Of a stretch of 64,000 nucleotides of DNA, positions 38,106 to 48,419 are shown one piece after another. The translations under genes and the position numbers were made by a program. The stretch's first letter is position 1. Each line of letters starts with the position of its first letter. The notes under the pieces are model-generated. The model had not been told where the DNA came from. It was given only the letters and a program-made list of their open reading frames with translations, and did not search any database. Location of the stretch: the NCBI GenBank assembly GCA_037917675.1, contig JAVCBW010000025.1, forward strand, positions 1 through 64,000. The letters are read 5' to 3'. The DNA is from Thermoproteota archaeon. GTDB taxonomy: Archaea; Korarchaeota; Korarchaeia; B14-G2.

Positions 38106-38392
38106 TAAGACTTCACCTGCCTCTTAACTATGTCTTTCTCTGAGAGTATGTTTGCTTCAAGAAGTTTCTTGGCTACTTCCTCGTCGCTTGCATCCTCCTC
38201 TATGTCGAGTGCATAGGGGAGAGGCTCCAGGTGCTTTATGTTGCACTTTCTCCTCCTAACACCTGTAAGATTCGGTGGGCCTGTTATCAGCCTGTAGTTC
38301 TTGTCGATAACCCTCACTACCACGCATTTCCTTCCAGCTTCTCGGCCAGCTGTCTTAACACAGACCCTACCTACACCAAGCAGATATGCCAT
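38105..38392 (-). CDS. rpl14e: 50S ribosomal protein L14e
   Basis: GRVCVKTAGREAGRKCVV and GVRRRKCNIKHLEP motifs. Confidence 0.95.
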   Translation of the reverse strand: MAYLLGVGRVCVKTAGREAGRKCVVVRVIDKNYRLITGPPNLTGVRRRKCNIKHLEPLPYALDIEEDASDEEVAKKLLEANILSEKDIVKRQVKS

Positions 38393-38406
38393 GGTCCAGC
38401 ACCTCG

Positions 38407-38703
38407 CTAGCTCTGGGCTTCAAGTAGATGAAGACCTTCTGCTATAACCTCCCTCTTAATATTTTCTCTCAGGCACTTTGGGCAGAGGTATCCTCCATAG
38501 GGCCTGTTCGGCCTCCTCATGGACTTGGAGAGCTTCCTTATCTCGGCTTTAGGGCCTGTTGGGACAGCATTTAACCTTCCCTTGCAGATGGCGCACTTAG
38601 CATAGCTATGCCTCTTCTTCTTATAGTGTATCACAGTGCGGCCACCAGGTGTCCTTACAAATCGCCTCTTCAGGCTCCTAGACCTGTATCTTGGCGCAGG
38701 CAT
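38407..38703 (-). CDS. rpl34e: 50S ribosomal protein L34e
   Basis: [11 protein letters not shown] and RPYGGYLC motifs. Confidence 0.95.
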   Translation of the reverse strand: MPAPRYRSRSLKRRFVRTPGGRTVIHYKKKRHSYAKCAICKGRLNAVPTGPKAEIRKLSKSMRRPNRPYGGYLCPKCLRENIKREVIAEGLHLLEAQS

Positions 38704-38706
38704 CTG

Positions 38707-39240
38707 CTACACCTCAGGTTGCATGCCGAGTAGCTTATTCAGTATGACAGATGTGGTGAGAGAGAATAACATGTAGAAGCCGATATAGCCAAGCTCCCAT
38801 CCTGACATGACAGAGCCTCTATGAAAGAGGCCTTGAAGCGGAAGAGGGAATGGCAAAGCTACTATCGGTATCTCTAGGTACATGCCTCTGAGCACATAGA
38901 AGACTACGATCATGGGAATCATGAGAAGAGCCGTTGGCATAAGCTGCATCTTAAGAAGCTCCGACTTTATGGGTGCTATAACCCTCTCCCTGCGTTTTAC
39001 CTGGGCTTCAAGCTTCTTCTTTACCTTTGGATCCTTCTCTCTGAGCGCTTGGAGCCTTAGCTGGTCAAACTCCCTCACTTTGACCATGTACTCTCTAAGC
39101 TTCTCTTGGTCTACAAGCCTTCTGTTGACTAGAATCGTGGCAGCGTTTATCAGCAGAGATAAAGCTGCTAGGAACGCCATGGAGTATGGTGGTGTCCTTA
39201 GAAGCATCAGTAGATCACTCAGCTGCATAGGTGATGTCAC
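38707..39240 (-). CDS. EMC3/TMCO1 (DUF106) family membrane protein
   Basis: TM-coiled coil-TM architecture; position after secY. Confidence 0.8.
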   Translation of the reverse strand: MTSPMQLSDLLMLLRTPPYSMAFLAALSLLINAATILVNRRLVDQEKLREYMVKVREFDQLRLQALREKDPKVKKKLEAQVKRRERVIAPIKSELLKMQLMPTALLMIPMIVVFYVLRGMYLEIPIVALPFPLPLQGLFHRGSVMSGWELGYIGFYMLFSLTTSVILNKLLGMQPEV

Positions 39241-40661
39241 CTCCCAAAGATCCTCCTTACCACAGGATACATTTCTTCTAGCCTCTCTCTCATTAAGATC
39301 TCATAGAACGAGTAGAGTATGGATACAGCCAGCAGGATGCCAGATCCAGTTCCCAGAGCTCCTAGCATATCTGCAAATGCTGAGAGGAGCGCTATAAAGA
39401 TGCCTCCAAGTATCGTCACAGCATTGATGTACCTCCTGAGCCTCTGTGCTATTATCTTGGGTGAAGCTCTGGATCCTGGGATTTGTAGCCCTGACTTCAC
39501 CAGTTGAGTAGCTACTGAGTCAGCATCCATGCCTGCTGTATAGACCCACATTACTGAGAAAGCTATACAAACTATGATCAGGAGAAGAGTGTATACTAGG
39601 GTCTTCACTGGATACGTGAACACTGAGGAGAGGCCTTGTGGAGGAGTTAAGTAGTATGCTAGCCCGCTGACTGGCACTATGTCACCATAGCGGGTATAGT
39701 TGTATACTCCAAATATCCTGACCACCGTTGAGGCAAGCTTAGAGCTACTGTACCCGAATTTCTCCCAGAGTATCCTGCTTACTAGGGATAATTCCGCAAA
39801 GAAGGCTGCACCGAATATTATAGGTATGTTTGAGACATATAATAGCTTAATGGGGTACTTACCCCGGTATCCTCCGTACCTAGTATATGCTAGGGGAACG
39901 TTTATGTATACGTTGAAAGCTACTATGACTATTGCGAATGCTATAAGTGTTGCTATGAAGCCAACCACATTTGGGGCATATGACCGGTTTACTGCTGCAG
40001 GGCCCTCTAGGATAAGAGCGGGAAATGCCCCTACAACAACCTCGCCAAGCTCAGGATACTTTACTTTAAGCGGAGAGAAAGACTTCCAAATCACTTCCTG
40101 TGCAACAGATGCAAGTATAAAGAGGCTTATACCACTGCCAATACCCCATCTAGAGCATAGCTCATCAAGCATCATCAAGAGGAAGCTACCAATGAAAAGC
40201 TGAAGGATTATGGCAGCTGCAATACCTCTTGAAATCTGGACGCCTATCCTGCCAAATCTGCCTGATAGCACATAGACTGTAGCTTCTACCAAGATCACTA
40301 TTATACCAAGGAGCTTTTGAGCTGCCTGGAATACTTTACGGTCTTCAGGATCACTGAGGTCAAGCTTGATCAATCTTCCCCCTACAAGGATCTCCATGAC
40401 TATGCCAGCTGTGACTATGGGGCCTATGCCAAGATCGATGAGAGAACCGGCGTTTCCAGCCAAGATGAACCTAAATGAGGCAAAGTAGTCTTTGGCTCGT
40501 TCTGAAGCTCCATATATAGGTATTTCCGCTAGGATGAAGTATGCTAGGAGCACTAGTGCTGTCCAGAAGAACTTGGATCTCAGGACTACCCTCTTCTTTG
40601 GTGGCTCCACCTCAGGGATGATCTTGACAGCAGATAAAACAAAGCTTCTAAGAGATGGCAT
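39237..40661 (-). CDS. secY: Preprotein translocase SecY
   Basis: LGIGPIVTAG, GSGISLFI, YVSNIP and GTGSGILLAV motifs. Confidence 0.96.
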   Translation of the reverse strand: MPSLRSFVLSAVKIIPEVEPPKKRVVLRSKFFWTALVLLAYFILAEIPIYGASERAKDYFASFRFILAGNAGSLIDLGIGPIVTAGIVMEILVGGRLIKLDLSDPEDRKVFQAAQKLLGIIVILVEATVYVLSGRFGRIGVQISRGIAAAIILQLFIGSFLLMMLDELCSRWGIGSGISLFILASVAQEVIWKSFSPLKVKYPELGEVVVGAFPALILEGPAAVNRSYAPNVVGFIATLIAFAIVIVAFNVYINVPLAYTRYGGYRGKYPIKLLYVSNIPIIFGAAFFAELSLVSRILWEKFGYSSSKLASTVVRIFGVYNYTRYGDIVPVSGLAYYLTPPQGLSSVFTYPVKTLVYTLLLIIVCIAFSVMWVYTAGMDADSVATQLVKSGLQIPGSRASPKIIAQRLRRYINAVTILGGIFIALLSAFADMLGALGTGSGILLAVSILYSFYEILMRERLEEMYPVVRRIFGR

Positions 40662-41118
40662 GTGGAGTGCTCACCACCTCTATAATGCCACCTGCTTCTT
40701 TAACCTTCTCAATAGCAGATTTAGATGCTGCAGCTGCTATGACGTGAAGAGGAGTGGAGATGCTACCTCTACCTAGGAGCTTCCCATAGCCTAACTCTAT
40801 CAGGTTTACTACAGGCAGGCCTTTTTCATCTCTTTCGGATGGCCTAGCCTTTTTCGCTAGCTCTTCAAGCTGATCTACATTCAGAATGGGCTTCTCAACC
40901 TCGGTTTTCTTGGTTGGTGGCTTAAATCCTCTTCTACCTGCACCGAAGTAGTCTGGTGCATGCTTGACTATCCAGGTCCACTTATGCTTCTTAAGGCCAG
41001 CTTTCCCGAATCCTCCTCTAGCTCCGCTCCCTCTATGCTGGCCCTGTATCCCATATCCGTGGGTTCTAGAGCCTCTTAGCTTCCTGGACTTCTTCCTAGG
41101 TCTTTTCCATGGCATCAT
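40648..41118 (-). CDS. rpl15: 50S ribosomal protein L15
   Basis: RGSRTHGYG..HRGSG motif. Confidence 0.95.
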   Translation of the reverse strand: MMPWKRPRKKSRKLRGSRTHGYGIQGQHRGSGARGGFGKAGLKKHKWTWIVKHAPDYFGAGRRGFKPPTKKTEVEKPILNVDQLEELAKKARPSERDEKGLPVVNLIELGYGKLLGRGSISTPLHVIAAAASKSAIEKVKEAGGIIEVVSTPHAIS

Positions 41119-41609
41119 AGCATCCTCCTGATCAGCTTGTTTATAGCCTCACCTCTATACCCGAGCTCTCCCTTATCTGTTACATGTCTTTTTGTTGTCT
41201 TCTTAAATCCTCCTCTAGGCGGATGGAGCCTGAAGACTGGCTTGATGAACTTTAGCCTTCTGATGTCAGCTTTCCCTGAGTATATTGCATCTGCGAGCTC
41301 CTCTATAGTGCTGAACTCCGACTTCTTTCTCAAGTATTCGTCTGTTATCCTTACGTTTCCGGGGCCTCTCCCTCTCTTCGCGATGAGATCTCTTAATGTG
41401 TCTTTAGATATCTCTCCATAGGTCACGTAGTCCTTAACTTTATGGAGCATCCCTTTGATAGATGGGGATTCTCTGACCAATATCATGTGGAACTTTCTTG
41501 TAAGCCTGAGGAGCCTTAGAGTATGCCTTATATCTGGGTGGACCCCTACAGTCCCTCTTATTCTTATTACAGCAAGCAGCTTACCTAGCTGGTCGCCCAT
41601 CTCACACAC
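41115..41609 (-). CDS. rpl30: 50S ribosomal protein L30
   Basis: AVIRIRG and FRLHPPRGG motifs. Confidence 0.95.
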   Translation of the reverse strand: MCEMGDQLGKLLAVIRIRGTVGVHPDIRHTLRLLRLTRKFHMILVRESPSIKGMLHKVKDYVTYGEISKDTLRDLIAKRGRGPGNVRITDEYLRKKSEFSTIEELADAIYSGKADIRRLKFIKPVFRLHPPRGGFKKTTKRHVTDKGELGYRGEAINKLIRRML

Positions 41610-41612
41610 CAG

Positions 41613-42209
41613 CTAGAACTGGAATGCATGCTGGCTCTTGAGAGCATTATACACAGCATAGGCGAAGTTTATCCTAGTGCTCTTGCTTCCTTTCGTAAAT
41701 GACTTTATATCCTCTACACCAGCCATCATGAGAACCTTTTTCCCAGACTCTCCTATTACTAAGCCGCTGCCACGTGGTGCAGGTAGGAGATAGACTCTGA
41801 CGCTCCCAGCTTTTCCATAAGCCTTGAACCTTAGTGAGTGAGGAAGATTACACATACACCCCCATGCTCCACATCCTCTCAGTACAGGTATTATCGATAG
41901 CTTTGCTTCTCTCAGAGCTGCTCTTATAGCCTCTCGGAAGTTCCGTCCCTTACCTATCCCTATGCCTACATAGCCGTCCATGTTCCCTACTACAATGCAT
42001 ACTCTGAAGCTTGTGAGCTCTCCTGCGTCAGTTTGTCTCTGTACCATGTCTACGCTGATCAGGTCTTCTTTAAGGTCAGGCAGCAGAGTATCTACTATTT
42101 CAGGCTCTTTGATGGGGATTCCAAGCTTAAATATCTCGTCTATCGATGTTATCTCTCCCTCCTGTACCATCCTACCAAGCTTGGTTCTAGGAGCCCATTC
42201 CTCTGACAT
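41613..42209 (-). CDS. rps5: 30S ribosomal protein S5
   Basis: WAPRTKLGRMV and LLPAPRGSGL motifs. Confidence 0.95.
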   Translation of the reverse strand: MSEEWAPRTKLGRMVQEGEITSIDEIFKLGIPIKEPEIVDTLLPDLKEDLISVDMVQRQTDAGELTSFRVCIVVGNMDGYVGIGIGKGRNFREAIRAALREAKLSIIPVLRGCGAWGCMCNLPHSLRFKAYGKAGSVRVYLLPAPRGSGLVIGESGKKVLMMAGVEDIKSFTKGSKSTRINFAYAVYNALKSQHAFQF

Positions 42210-42211
42210 GA

Positions 42212-42802
42212 CTACACCTCTAGCTTCTTTACCTTCTCTAAGACCTCCTCGAATGCTCTAGGCATCTCCTCTGGGAGGAGGCCTAGCCTCAGGTACCCAG
42301 AGAAAACTCTCTGGTATTTCTCTGGGCTCTTCTCTTTTAAATGCTTGGCGTAAGATGCTATATCCTCTCCTCGAATCCTATCGTCTGAGGGCAGTATCTC
42401 TGGGCTATGAGGAACTCTGCAGCCTGCATCAAGAAACCCCTTCAGAGCAGCATATACTCTGGCTCCAGGTACACTCCGATATAGGCCTATGTCTAGTATA
42501 GCCTCTGTTATACCCTTCTTTCTAGACTTTAAGCCTGCCAGGAACCCTGTTAGGTATGCGGCAGGAGTATTTGACCTAGAGTAGAGCCACCCTAACTTCT
42601 CAAGCTCCTTTGAGAAAGCCATTACTAGGGTATGGTCTCCTTCTGGACGTGCCTCAACGACTTGCACTCTGATATGCCTGTTGCTCCTCCTTACTACTAG
42701 CCTAGGCTTCCCACTTAGGAGGAGCCTATACCTCGCATAGTAGTCTGTCTTACCTTCTCTCCTTCTTCTGAACCTCACCTTGTACCTTGGCCCTCTAGCC
42801 AT
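42212..42802 (-). CDS. rpl18: 50S ribosomal protein L18
   Basis: [10 protein letters not shown] and NTPAAYLTG motifs. Confidence 0.95.
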   Translation of the reverse strand: MARGPRYKVRFRRRREGKTDYYARYRLLLSGKPRLVVRRSNRHIRVQVVEARPEGDHTLVMAFSKELEKLGWLYSRSNTPAAYLTGFLAGLKSRKKGITEAILDIGLYRSVPGARVYAALKGFLDAGCRVPHSPEILPSDDRIRGEDIASYAKHLKEKSPEKYQRVFSGYLRLGLLPEEMPRAFEEVLEKVKKLEV

Positions 42803-42813
42803 ATCCGATCTAC

Positions 42814-43278
42814 CTATATCTCTTTTAGAACCTCCTCTATGATATCTGGCTTCTGAGCCAGCCCCTCTTTTTCAATGAATAGCCTTAGGTGGTTTACGTT
42901 TCTGAACATTGATAGCCGCCTATATAGCCAGCGGTATACCCTCCTCGTTATTATACCACGATCCCTCATTTTTCTCAGCTCCCTCCTTAGAGGCCTTATC
43001 CTCTGGATCCACCTACGCTTTCTGGGGAGCCTAGCATACATGGAGCCCTTCCTGCTACCAGGGCCTCTTTTCCTCTTCCTCGGCTTCTTAGCGTGTGCAG
43101 TACCCGACTTCTTAGGCTTCTTCCGTATTATGCCTCGCTTAGCTAGCTTTCTCATCTCCTCTCTTGTAAGAGCTTCTTCCACTAAGTTTATCCTCTCTGG
43201 ATCGATCCATACCCTTGAAACACCGCAGCCAAGCACCTCTGCAGCTAACCTCTTCTTTGTAGCTAGGTTACTCCCCAA
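42814..43278 (-). CDS. rpl19e: 50S ribosomal protein L19e
   Basis: [19 protein letters not shown] and RGPGSRKG motifs. Confidence 0.95.
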   Translation of the reverse strand: MGSNLATKKRLAAEVLGCGVSRVWIDPERINLVEEALTREEMRKLAKRGIIRKKPKKSGTAHAKKPRKRKRGPGSRKGSMYARLPRKRRWIQRIRPLRRELRKMRDRGIITRRVYRWLYRRLSMFRNVNHLRLFIEKEGLAQKPDIIEEVLKEI

Positions 43279-43690
43279 CTTCAGCCACCTCCTTTGGCGG
43301 GTTTGCTACTAGAGCTCCCATCTTCTCGGCCTTCTCGTATATTTCAAGCTTTTTCTTAAAGCCTACAGCTCTACCTATAATTACAATGTACTTGTCAAGG
43401 TTGTCTTTGACTTTCTCTAGCTCTGAGACATTGTGTACAATGAGGGGTATTCTCCCAGAGGGATGTAGACCTCTTATAGCCTTCATTGTCCTATAGCCTA
43501 CTTTAACTAGAGCAGGTCTCCCTGATAGAGCTTTTCTATGTGGGTTGTCTAGGCCTCTAGGCCTCTTCCATCTGTCTCTCACCCTTTTGAACTTTGCTGC
43601 AGCCAGATTTGTGAAGTTTGGCTTCTTAAACCTCCTCCTGAGCCTTCTGAGCTTCGATGGTGATATGCCTGCTAAGCACACTTTTTGCAT
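43268..43690 (-). CDS. rpl32e: 50S ribosomal protein L32e
   Basis: WKRPRGLDN and RGLHPSG motifs; start ATG 43690. Confidence 0.92.
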   Translation of the reverse strand: MQKVCLAGISPSKLRRLRRRFKKPNFTNLAAAKFKRVRDRWKRPRGLDNPHRKALSGRPALVKVGYRTMKAIRGLHPSGRIPLIVHNVSELEKVKDNLDKYIVIIGRAVGFKKKLEIYEKAEKMGALVANPPKEVAEVGE

Positions 43691-43691
43691 G

Positions 43692-44264
43692 CTATTCTCC
43701 CTCAACCACATAGATTCCATCTTGGAAGACTCTCGGATCCTTTCTCTTGATCCTCGTAGCAAGCCTTATGTTAGCAGCTGTTTGGCCTACTTCCTCTGGG
43801 GATATCCCAGTTATATATAGGTAGTCTCCTTCAACTCTAATCTTAGTTTTCTCCCCAACGATTTTAGCTACTCTCGGGCTTCTTTCTCCCAGGAAGTTCT
43901 CTATTATCACAAGTCTCTTCTGCTCATCGATCTTCACCCTCATCGGGAAGTGTGAGTATGCAATTATCATCTTCTTCTGGAACCCTTCAGTTACGCCTCT
44001 TATCATATTCTTGACATGAGATCTCATCGTCTTGACTAGGGATGACGTCTTCTTCCTGACTTTATCTGTGAATATTATGAGCTCAGAGTCTACTTTCAAG
44101 ACTTTGACGAGCCTAGGGTCATATTTCCTTCTAAGTGAGCCTAGTGGCCCGTTTACAATGATGTGATCCTCATGAACCTCAACCTCAACTCCTTTAGGGA
44201 TCTCTAGCTTAACTAAGTCTACTAAACTTGTGTCGAGTATTGTTCCCTTAGTAGCAGTAGGCAA
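43692..44264 (-). CDS. rpl6: 50S ribosomal protein L6
   Basis: YSHFP, NFLGE and [10 protein letters not shown] motifs; probable TTG start after GGAGGTG. Confidence 0.93.
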   Translation of the reverse strand: MPTATKGTILDTSLVDLVKLEIPKGVEVEVHEDHIIVNGPLGSLRRKYDPRLVKVLKVDSELIIFTDKVRKKTSSLVKTMRSHVKNMIRGVTEGFQKKMIIAYSHFPMRVKIDEQKRLVIIENFLGERSPRVAKIVGEKTKIRVEGDYLYITGISPEEVGQTAANIRLATRIKRKDPRVFQDGIYVVEGE

Positions 44265-44640
44265 GGAGGACACCTCCTATCCCAAGCTTCTTTGCCTCCT
44301 CGTGTGTCATGACACCTTGATCTGTTGATACTATGAGTATGCCTATGTCTCTAGCTGGGAGGTACATCTTCTCATATTGAATCCATTCACCCTTCCCAAC
44401 TGAGAATCTTGGCTTGACAGCGGCTATCTTATTTATTCTCCCTGACAGTTTGACTCTATACTTTCCGAATCTCCCATCTGGTATGTACTCGAATTCAGCA
44501 ATATACTCCTTTGTCTGGAGGACTCTGAGAACTCTTGTTATAAGCTTTGATGAAACCGTTATCAGGCATTCTGTCTTCCCTAGCGCTACAGCGTTCTGGA
44601 TAGTTGATAAAGCATCAGCTAGTGGATCCATTCTAGTCAA
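44248..44640 (-). CDS. rps8: 30S ribosomal protein S8
   Basis: DPLADAL and [12 protein letters not shown] motifs. Confidence 0.95.
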   Translation of the reverse strand: MTRMDPLADALSTIQNAVALGKTECLITVSSKLITRVLRVLQTKEYIAEFEYIPDGRFGKYRVKLSGRINKIAAVKPRFSVGKGEWIQYEKMYLPARDIGILIVSTDQGVMTHEEAKKLGIGGVLLAYCY

Positions 44641-44652
44641 GGTGCCTCACCC

Positions 44653-44814
44653 TTAGTTGTATTTTCTCCAGCCCATCCTCTCAGCTACTTCCCTAAAGCA
44701 CTGGCGGCATAGGTAGAGGCCATACTTTCTAATTATGCCACGTCCTCTTCGGCCGCAGCGTTTGCATTGAGGAGTGTCTAGAGGCTTCCCATGCTCGTCT
44801 GTGATCTTTCCCAC
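44653..44814 (-). CDS. rps14: 30S ribosomal protein S14 (missed by the ORF track)
   Basis: Manual translation: [53 protein letters not shown]. Confidence 0.93.
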   Translation of the reverse strand: MGKITDEHGKPLDTPQCKRCGRRGRGIIRKYGLYLCRQCFREVAERMGWRKYN

Positions 44815-44816
44815 TG

Positions 44817-45365
44817 CTAACCACCTATTACCTCTATACCGAAGTTTTTCTTAAGGAAATATATAGCTTCTTCTCTGGTTATCACAGCTTTTTGAGGTAT
44901 TCTTCTTCTAGCTATCTTACGTCTGGCTATCCTGTATCCAGGTCTTTCGAGAGAGACGCAAACATCCATTCCAAATATCCCTATTTTAGGATCGTATTCT
45001 ACTCCTGGAATCATCAGATGCTCTTTTATACCAAAAGCAAAGTTCCCATAGTTGTCAATGCTTGACTCCTTTATTTTATTTCCTACTGCCTGAAAAAGCC
45101 GTTTAAGCATTTCCTCAGCACGCTGGCCTCTAATAGTCACACAGCAGGCTATAGGCTCTCCCTTTCTTATGCCAAACCCTTTTATGGTCTTCTTTGCGGT
45201 CCTAACTGACGGCTTCTGGCCAGATAGTTGCTCTAGGACCTTCTTAGCTCTCTCAAGTGGGTCGCCACTTCTCCCTACGCATATGTTCAAGACTACTTTC
45301 GATAGCCGTGGGACTAGCATTGGGTTGCTTCTCCATCTTCCCTCGATTTCAGCCTCTGAAGTCAT
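44817..45365 (-). CDS. rpl5: 50S ribosomal protein L5
   Basis: NPM..P..KVVLNI, FGIRKG and [11 protein letters not shown] motifs. Confidence 0.95.
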   Translation of the reverse strand: MTSEAEIEGRWRSNPMLVPRLSKVVLNICVGRSGDPLERAKKVLEQLSGQKPSVRTAKKTIKGFGIRKGEPIACCVTIRGQRAEEMLKRLFQAVGNKIKESSIDNYGNFAFGIKEHLMIPGVEYDPKIGIFGMDVCVSLERPGYRIARRKIARRRIPQKAVITREEAIYFLKKNFGIEVIGG

Positions 45366-46102
45366 GGTTCCACCTTTATCAGAGGCTTTTCTGCGCCTAC
45401 AACCATTATTCTATCCTTTCTAGCATACATGGTTGCTCCATCTGCCCTCAGCTCTACTAGAGGTACTGAATATGGTTGAGGTATTATTCTATGTATTACC
45501 CCTTTGACTCCTGCTCTATCTCCTAGGAATATCATGGCTAGGTTGCCTGCTTCAGCTTTTATATGAGCCTTGACCTCCTGCTCAGGGACTGTGATTAGGA
45601 GCGAGTCTCCTATAGAGATGCTATGAGGAGGCAAGACTGAGTCAATTATCATGTTTCTGCCATCATGGAGTGTCACCTGGAACCTGCCACTCTTCACGTT
45701 GAACTTCTTTATCACCTGGCATATCTTGAGATTGATTTCTGACCTTGGTATTGTTATGAAGTATATTGGGTTGGCTTTGTATGGGACACATCTTAGGTAG
45801 AGTTCTTCATCTGGTATTGAGAGGGTGTCCATGAGGCCGACAGGGAACTTGTAGTCTCTCCTAGGCTTTCCATCTACAAGCACTCTTCCAGCTTTTATGA
45901 CTTTCTTCGCTTCTCTTGCAGTCGAGTATAGCTTAAGGACATCTCGAAGTACAACTAGGAGAGGTATACTCAGAACCATTGGATGTGGTCCAGGAGAAGG
46001 CTTTACAATCCACTTGCTTACCTTCCTTGGGATCCTCCAGGTTTTAGGTGCGACAAGCCTCTTGAGAGTTCTTGAGCCTCCCTTCTTACCCAACTTCGCC
46101 AC
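45362..46102 (-). CDS. rps4e: 30S ribosomal protein S4e
   Basis: LKRLVAP..W..KPSPGPH and FPVGLMD motifs. Confidence 0.95.
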   Translation of the reverse strand: MAKLGKKGGSRTLKRLVAPKTWRIPRKVSKWIVKPSPGPHPMVLSIPLLVVLRDVLKLYSTAREAKKVIKAGRVLVDGKPRRDYKFPVGLMDTLSIPDEELYLRCVPYKANPIYFITIPRSEINLKICQVIKKFNVKSGRFQVTLHDGRNMIIDSVLPPHSISIGDSLLITVPEQEVKAHIKAEAGNLAMIFLGDRAGVKGVIHRIIPQPYSVPLVELRADGATMYARKDRIMVVGAEKPLIKVEP

Positions 46103-46469
46103 CTCTTCGCTCTACGATAGCTTTTCTAAACTCATCTTTTAGATTGAGCTCAGTGACCATGACTTTGGATGGGTGTATTGGTACTAAGACCTCTGAGCCA
46201 TCGGTTTTCTTCCTGACAATCTTCTCCACGTATATTCGCATCCTCTTCTTGTCTACTCTGGTTATCTTCCCCTCAAACCCTGTGAACTCTCCTCTCATCA
46301 CCAGAACTTTGTCGCCTGTCCTCAGAGGGATAGACCTGAATCCGTATTTCTCTCTTAGAGCTGGAGATAGTGGGGCAGACAGCAGCTTGTGTCTAAGGTG
46401 ATATGGCATGTTGTATAATCTTTTCCTCTGCTTTCTAGGCTTAGATGATATGTCTCTTCGCAGCTTCAA
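46086..46469 (-). CDS. rpl24: 50S ribosomal protein L24
   Basis: [18 protein letters not shown] and IHPSKV motifs. Confidence 0.95.
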   Translation of the reverse strand: MKLRRDISSKPRKQRKRLYNMPYHLRHKLLSAPLSPALREKYGFRSIPLRTGDKVLVMRGEFTGFEGKITRVDKKRMRIYVEKIVRKKTDGSEVLVPIHPSKVMVTELNLKDEFRKAIVERRGGEVG

Positions 46470-46895
46470 CTAGACCACCATCGAGCATACTCCAGCTATG
46501 GAGGGAAATCTCTCAACTGCTTCCCTTGCAACTGGCCCCTTTACCTCAGTTCCTCTCGGCTTTAGGTCTGCATGCACCAGGATAGCAGCATTGTCCTCAA
46601 AGACTATGGTCTCCCCAGTCTTCCTCTTGAATGGCATCTTCTGCCTTATGATGACAGCCTTCTGAACTGTGTGCTCTAGCTCAGGTGTCCCCTCTTTGAC
46701 TGTGACTACGACAAGGTCCCCTACGGCAGCTGATGCAAGCCTGTTCTTAGTTCCCTTATACCCTGTTACGCCGATGATCTGTAGGAGCTTTGCTCCTGAG
46801 TTATCAGCACACTTCACATATGCTCCTATCGGAAGCCCTCTAGCTGTCTTCAGCCTTATTTTCAGAGCTCCCTTCTTCCTCACCGACCTAGACAT
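46470..46895 (-). CDS. rpl14: 50S ribosomal protein L14
   Basis: CADNSGAK, FEDNA and KGPVARE motifs. Confidence 0.95.
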   Translation of the reverse strand: MSRSVRKKGALKIRLKTARGLPIGAYVKCADNSGAKLLQIIGVTGYKGTKNRLASAAVGDLVVVTVKEGTPELEHTVQKAVIIRQKMPFKRKTGETIVFEDNAAILVHADLKPRGTEVKGPVAREAVERFPSIAGVCSMVV

Positions 46896-46902
46896 GTTGT
46901 AG

Positions 46903-47241
46903 TCACCTTTTCTCCTTCTTGCCTATGACTACATGAGCTACAGTCTTAGCTAGTCTCCTACACTCGTGTATTATAACAGCATCACCTTCTTTTATCAAGT
47001 GATCTATGCACTGTGGGATGTGAGCATGTATCTTGCTTCTCTTCTTCTCATACCTCTTGAATTTGGGGACATACTGTAGGTAGTGAGTCATCACTGTGCA
47101 GGTTCTAGCCATCTTCTTGGAGATGACAACACCCTCTCTCCTCCTCCCTCTGAGAGAAAGACCTCCATGAAATGGACACTTCTTGTCGTTACAAGAGGCT
47201 TTAGCATCTGGTGGAGGCTCTATCCTTGACACTATAGCCAC
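46903..47241 (-). CDS. rps17: 30S ribosomal protein S17
   Basis: CNDKKCPFHG and ECRRLAKT motifs. Confidence 0.95.
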   Translation of the reverse strand: MAIVSRIEPPPDAKASCNDKKCPFHGGLSLRGRRREGVVISKKMARTCTVMTHYLQYVPKFKRYEKKRSKIHAHIPQCIDHLIKEGDAVIIHECRRLAKTVAHVVIGKKEKR

Positions 47242-47540
47242 CTCCCGTACTTGGCTAGCCTTTTCTCTGGAGCATAAAGTAGCTTATCACCTAGCACCTT
47301 GATCTTATCACAGTGGGGTGTCTTGAATATGAATGTGACTCCTTGCTTGGGGATGATCTTCAGTCCACTGTGAGTCTTTATCTTAAATGTATTCTTCGTC
47401 TCATCTGCTATTATACCCCGCTTGCCTATTAGGCGGGGGTCACATGCATCAGCTACCTCAACTTCTAATCCTATGAGCTCATGTGCCAGGATATTCCGTG
47501 GTGTTATCTTAGCTTTAAGCCCAGTGGGTTTAGCTAATAT
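47232..47540 (-). CDS. rnp1: RNase P protein Rpp29/Pop4, with no canonical start codon
   Basis: Manual translation: ..KITPRNILAHELIGLEVEV..G.IADETKNT..IIPK..FIF..PEKRL; conserved slot between L29 and S17. Confidence 0.85.
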   Translation of the reverse strand: MLAKPTGLKAKITPRNILAHELIGLEVEVADACDPRLIGKRGIIADETKNTFKIKTHSGLKIIPKQGVTFIFKTPHCDKIKVLGDKLLYAPEKRLAKYGRWL

Positions 47541-47740
47541 TTTAACCCCCTCTCTCTAAGAACTGTCAAAACTCTTGCTATATTCTTCCTGATGCTCTTG
47601 ACAGGTAAGGCTTTCTCTGGGGGGCCACCCATTGATAGCTGTGTTCTGGCTTTAAACAGCTCTAGCTTAAGCTCATTTAGCCTCTTTATGAGGTCTTCCG
47701 TTGGCATATTTCTGAGCTCATCCATGACTTTCTTGGTCAA
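47534..47740 (-). CDS. rpl29: 50S ribosomal protein L29
   Basis: ELRNM..EDL..RKNIARVLTV motif. Confidence 0.93.
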   Translation of the reverse strand: MTKKVMDELRNMPTEDLIKRLNELKLELFKARTQLSMGGPPEKALPVKSIRKNIARVLTVLRERGLKY

Positions 47741-47744
47741 GATC

Positions 47745-48419
47745 TCACCTTTCTTCCTCAGCTTGCGGCTCTTTGGTGATCATCTGGTCATATAGCACCT
47801 TTGCTCTCTCATGATCGATCTCATACTCGTCAGGCAGCCTTTCTGAGCGTAATATCTTCACCTTAACGCCTATAACACCCTGTTTAAGCATAGCTTCAGC
47901 TACGCCTTCGTCTACAAGCTCTAGTGCTGGCTGGCCGCTTTTCAGCATGACACCGTCCCTTAGGACTAGCCTTCTAGCTCTTTCACCTGAGATCTTTCCT
48001 TTTATCCTTATTTCTGCGCCTAAGGCCCCGCTCTCCATTATCCTCCGCAGGATCAAGCTAGCAGCTCTTCTGGGCTTGTAGCCTCGCTCTATCATCCTAG
48101 CAATCCTGTTGGCAGCTATCGAAGCAACCAGATATGGTCTATCTAGCTCTATGGTCTCTATTCTCGGCGAGTTAAGCTTAAACTTCTCCTCTAGCATCCT
48201 AGATAGTCTGAGCGCATTTTTCCCATGCTTCCCTATCACTATAGATGGCCTCTCTACAGACAGAACCAGCCTATCCCTTATTGGAGCTCTTATCAGCTGA
48301 AGCTTGCTATAGCCTGCTCTCTCAAGTGCCTCCCTGAGGAACTCATCTAAGGCAACTCTCAGATATGACTCTTCAAGGACTCTCCTGACAATGCTTTTAG
48401 GCTTCTTTTCCATACTCAC
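47745..48419 (-). CDS. rps3: 30S ribosomal protein S3
   Basis: KH motif VIGKHG, GALGAEI and GVIGVKV. Confidence 0.95.
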   Translation of the reverse strand: MSMEKKPKSIVRRVLEESYLRVALDEFLREALERAGYSKLQLIRAPIRDRLVLSVERPSIVIGKHGKNALRLSRMLEEKFKLNSPRIETIELDRPYLVASIAANRIARMIERGYKPRRAASLILRRIMESGALGAEIRIKGKISGERARRLVLRDGVMLKSGQPALELVDEGVAEAMLKQGVIGVKVKILRSERLPDEYEIDHERAKVLYDQMITKEPQAEEER

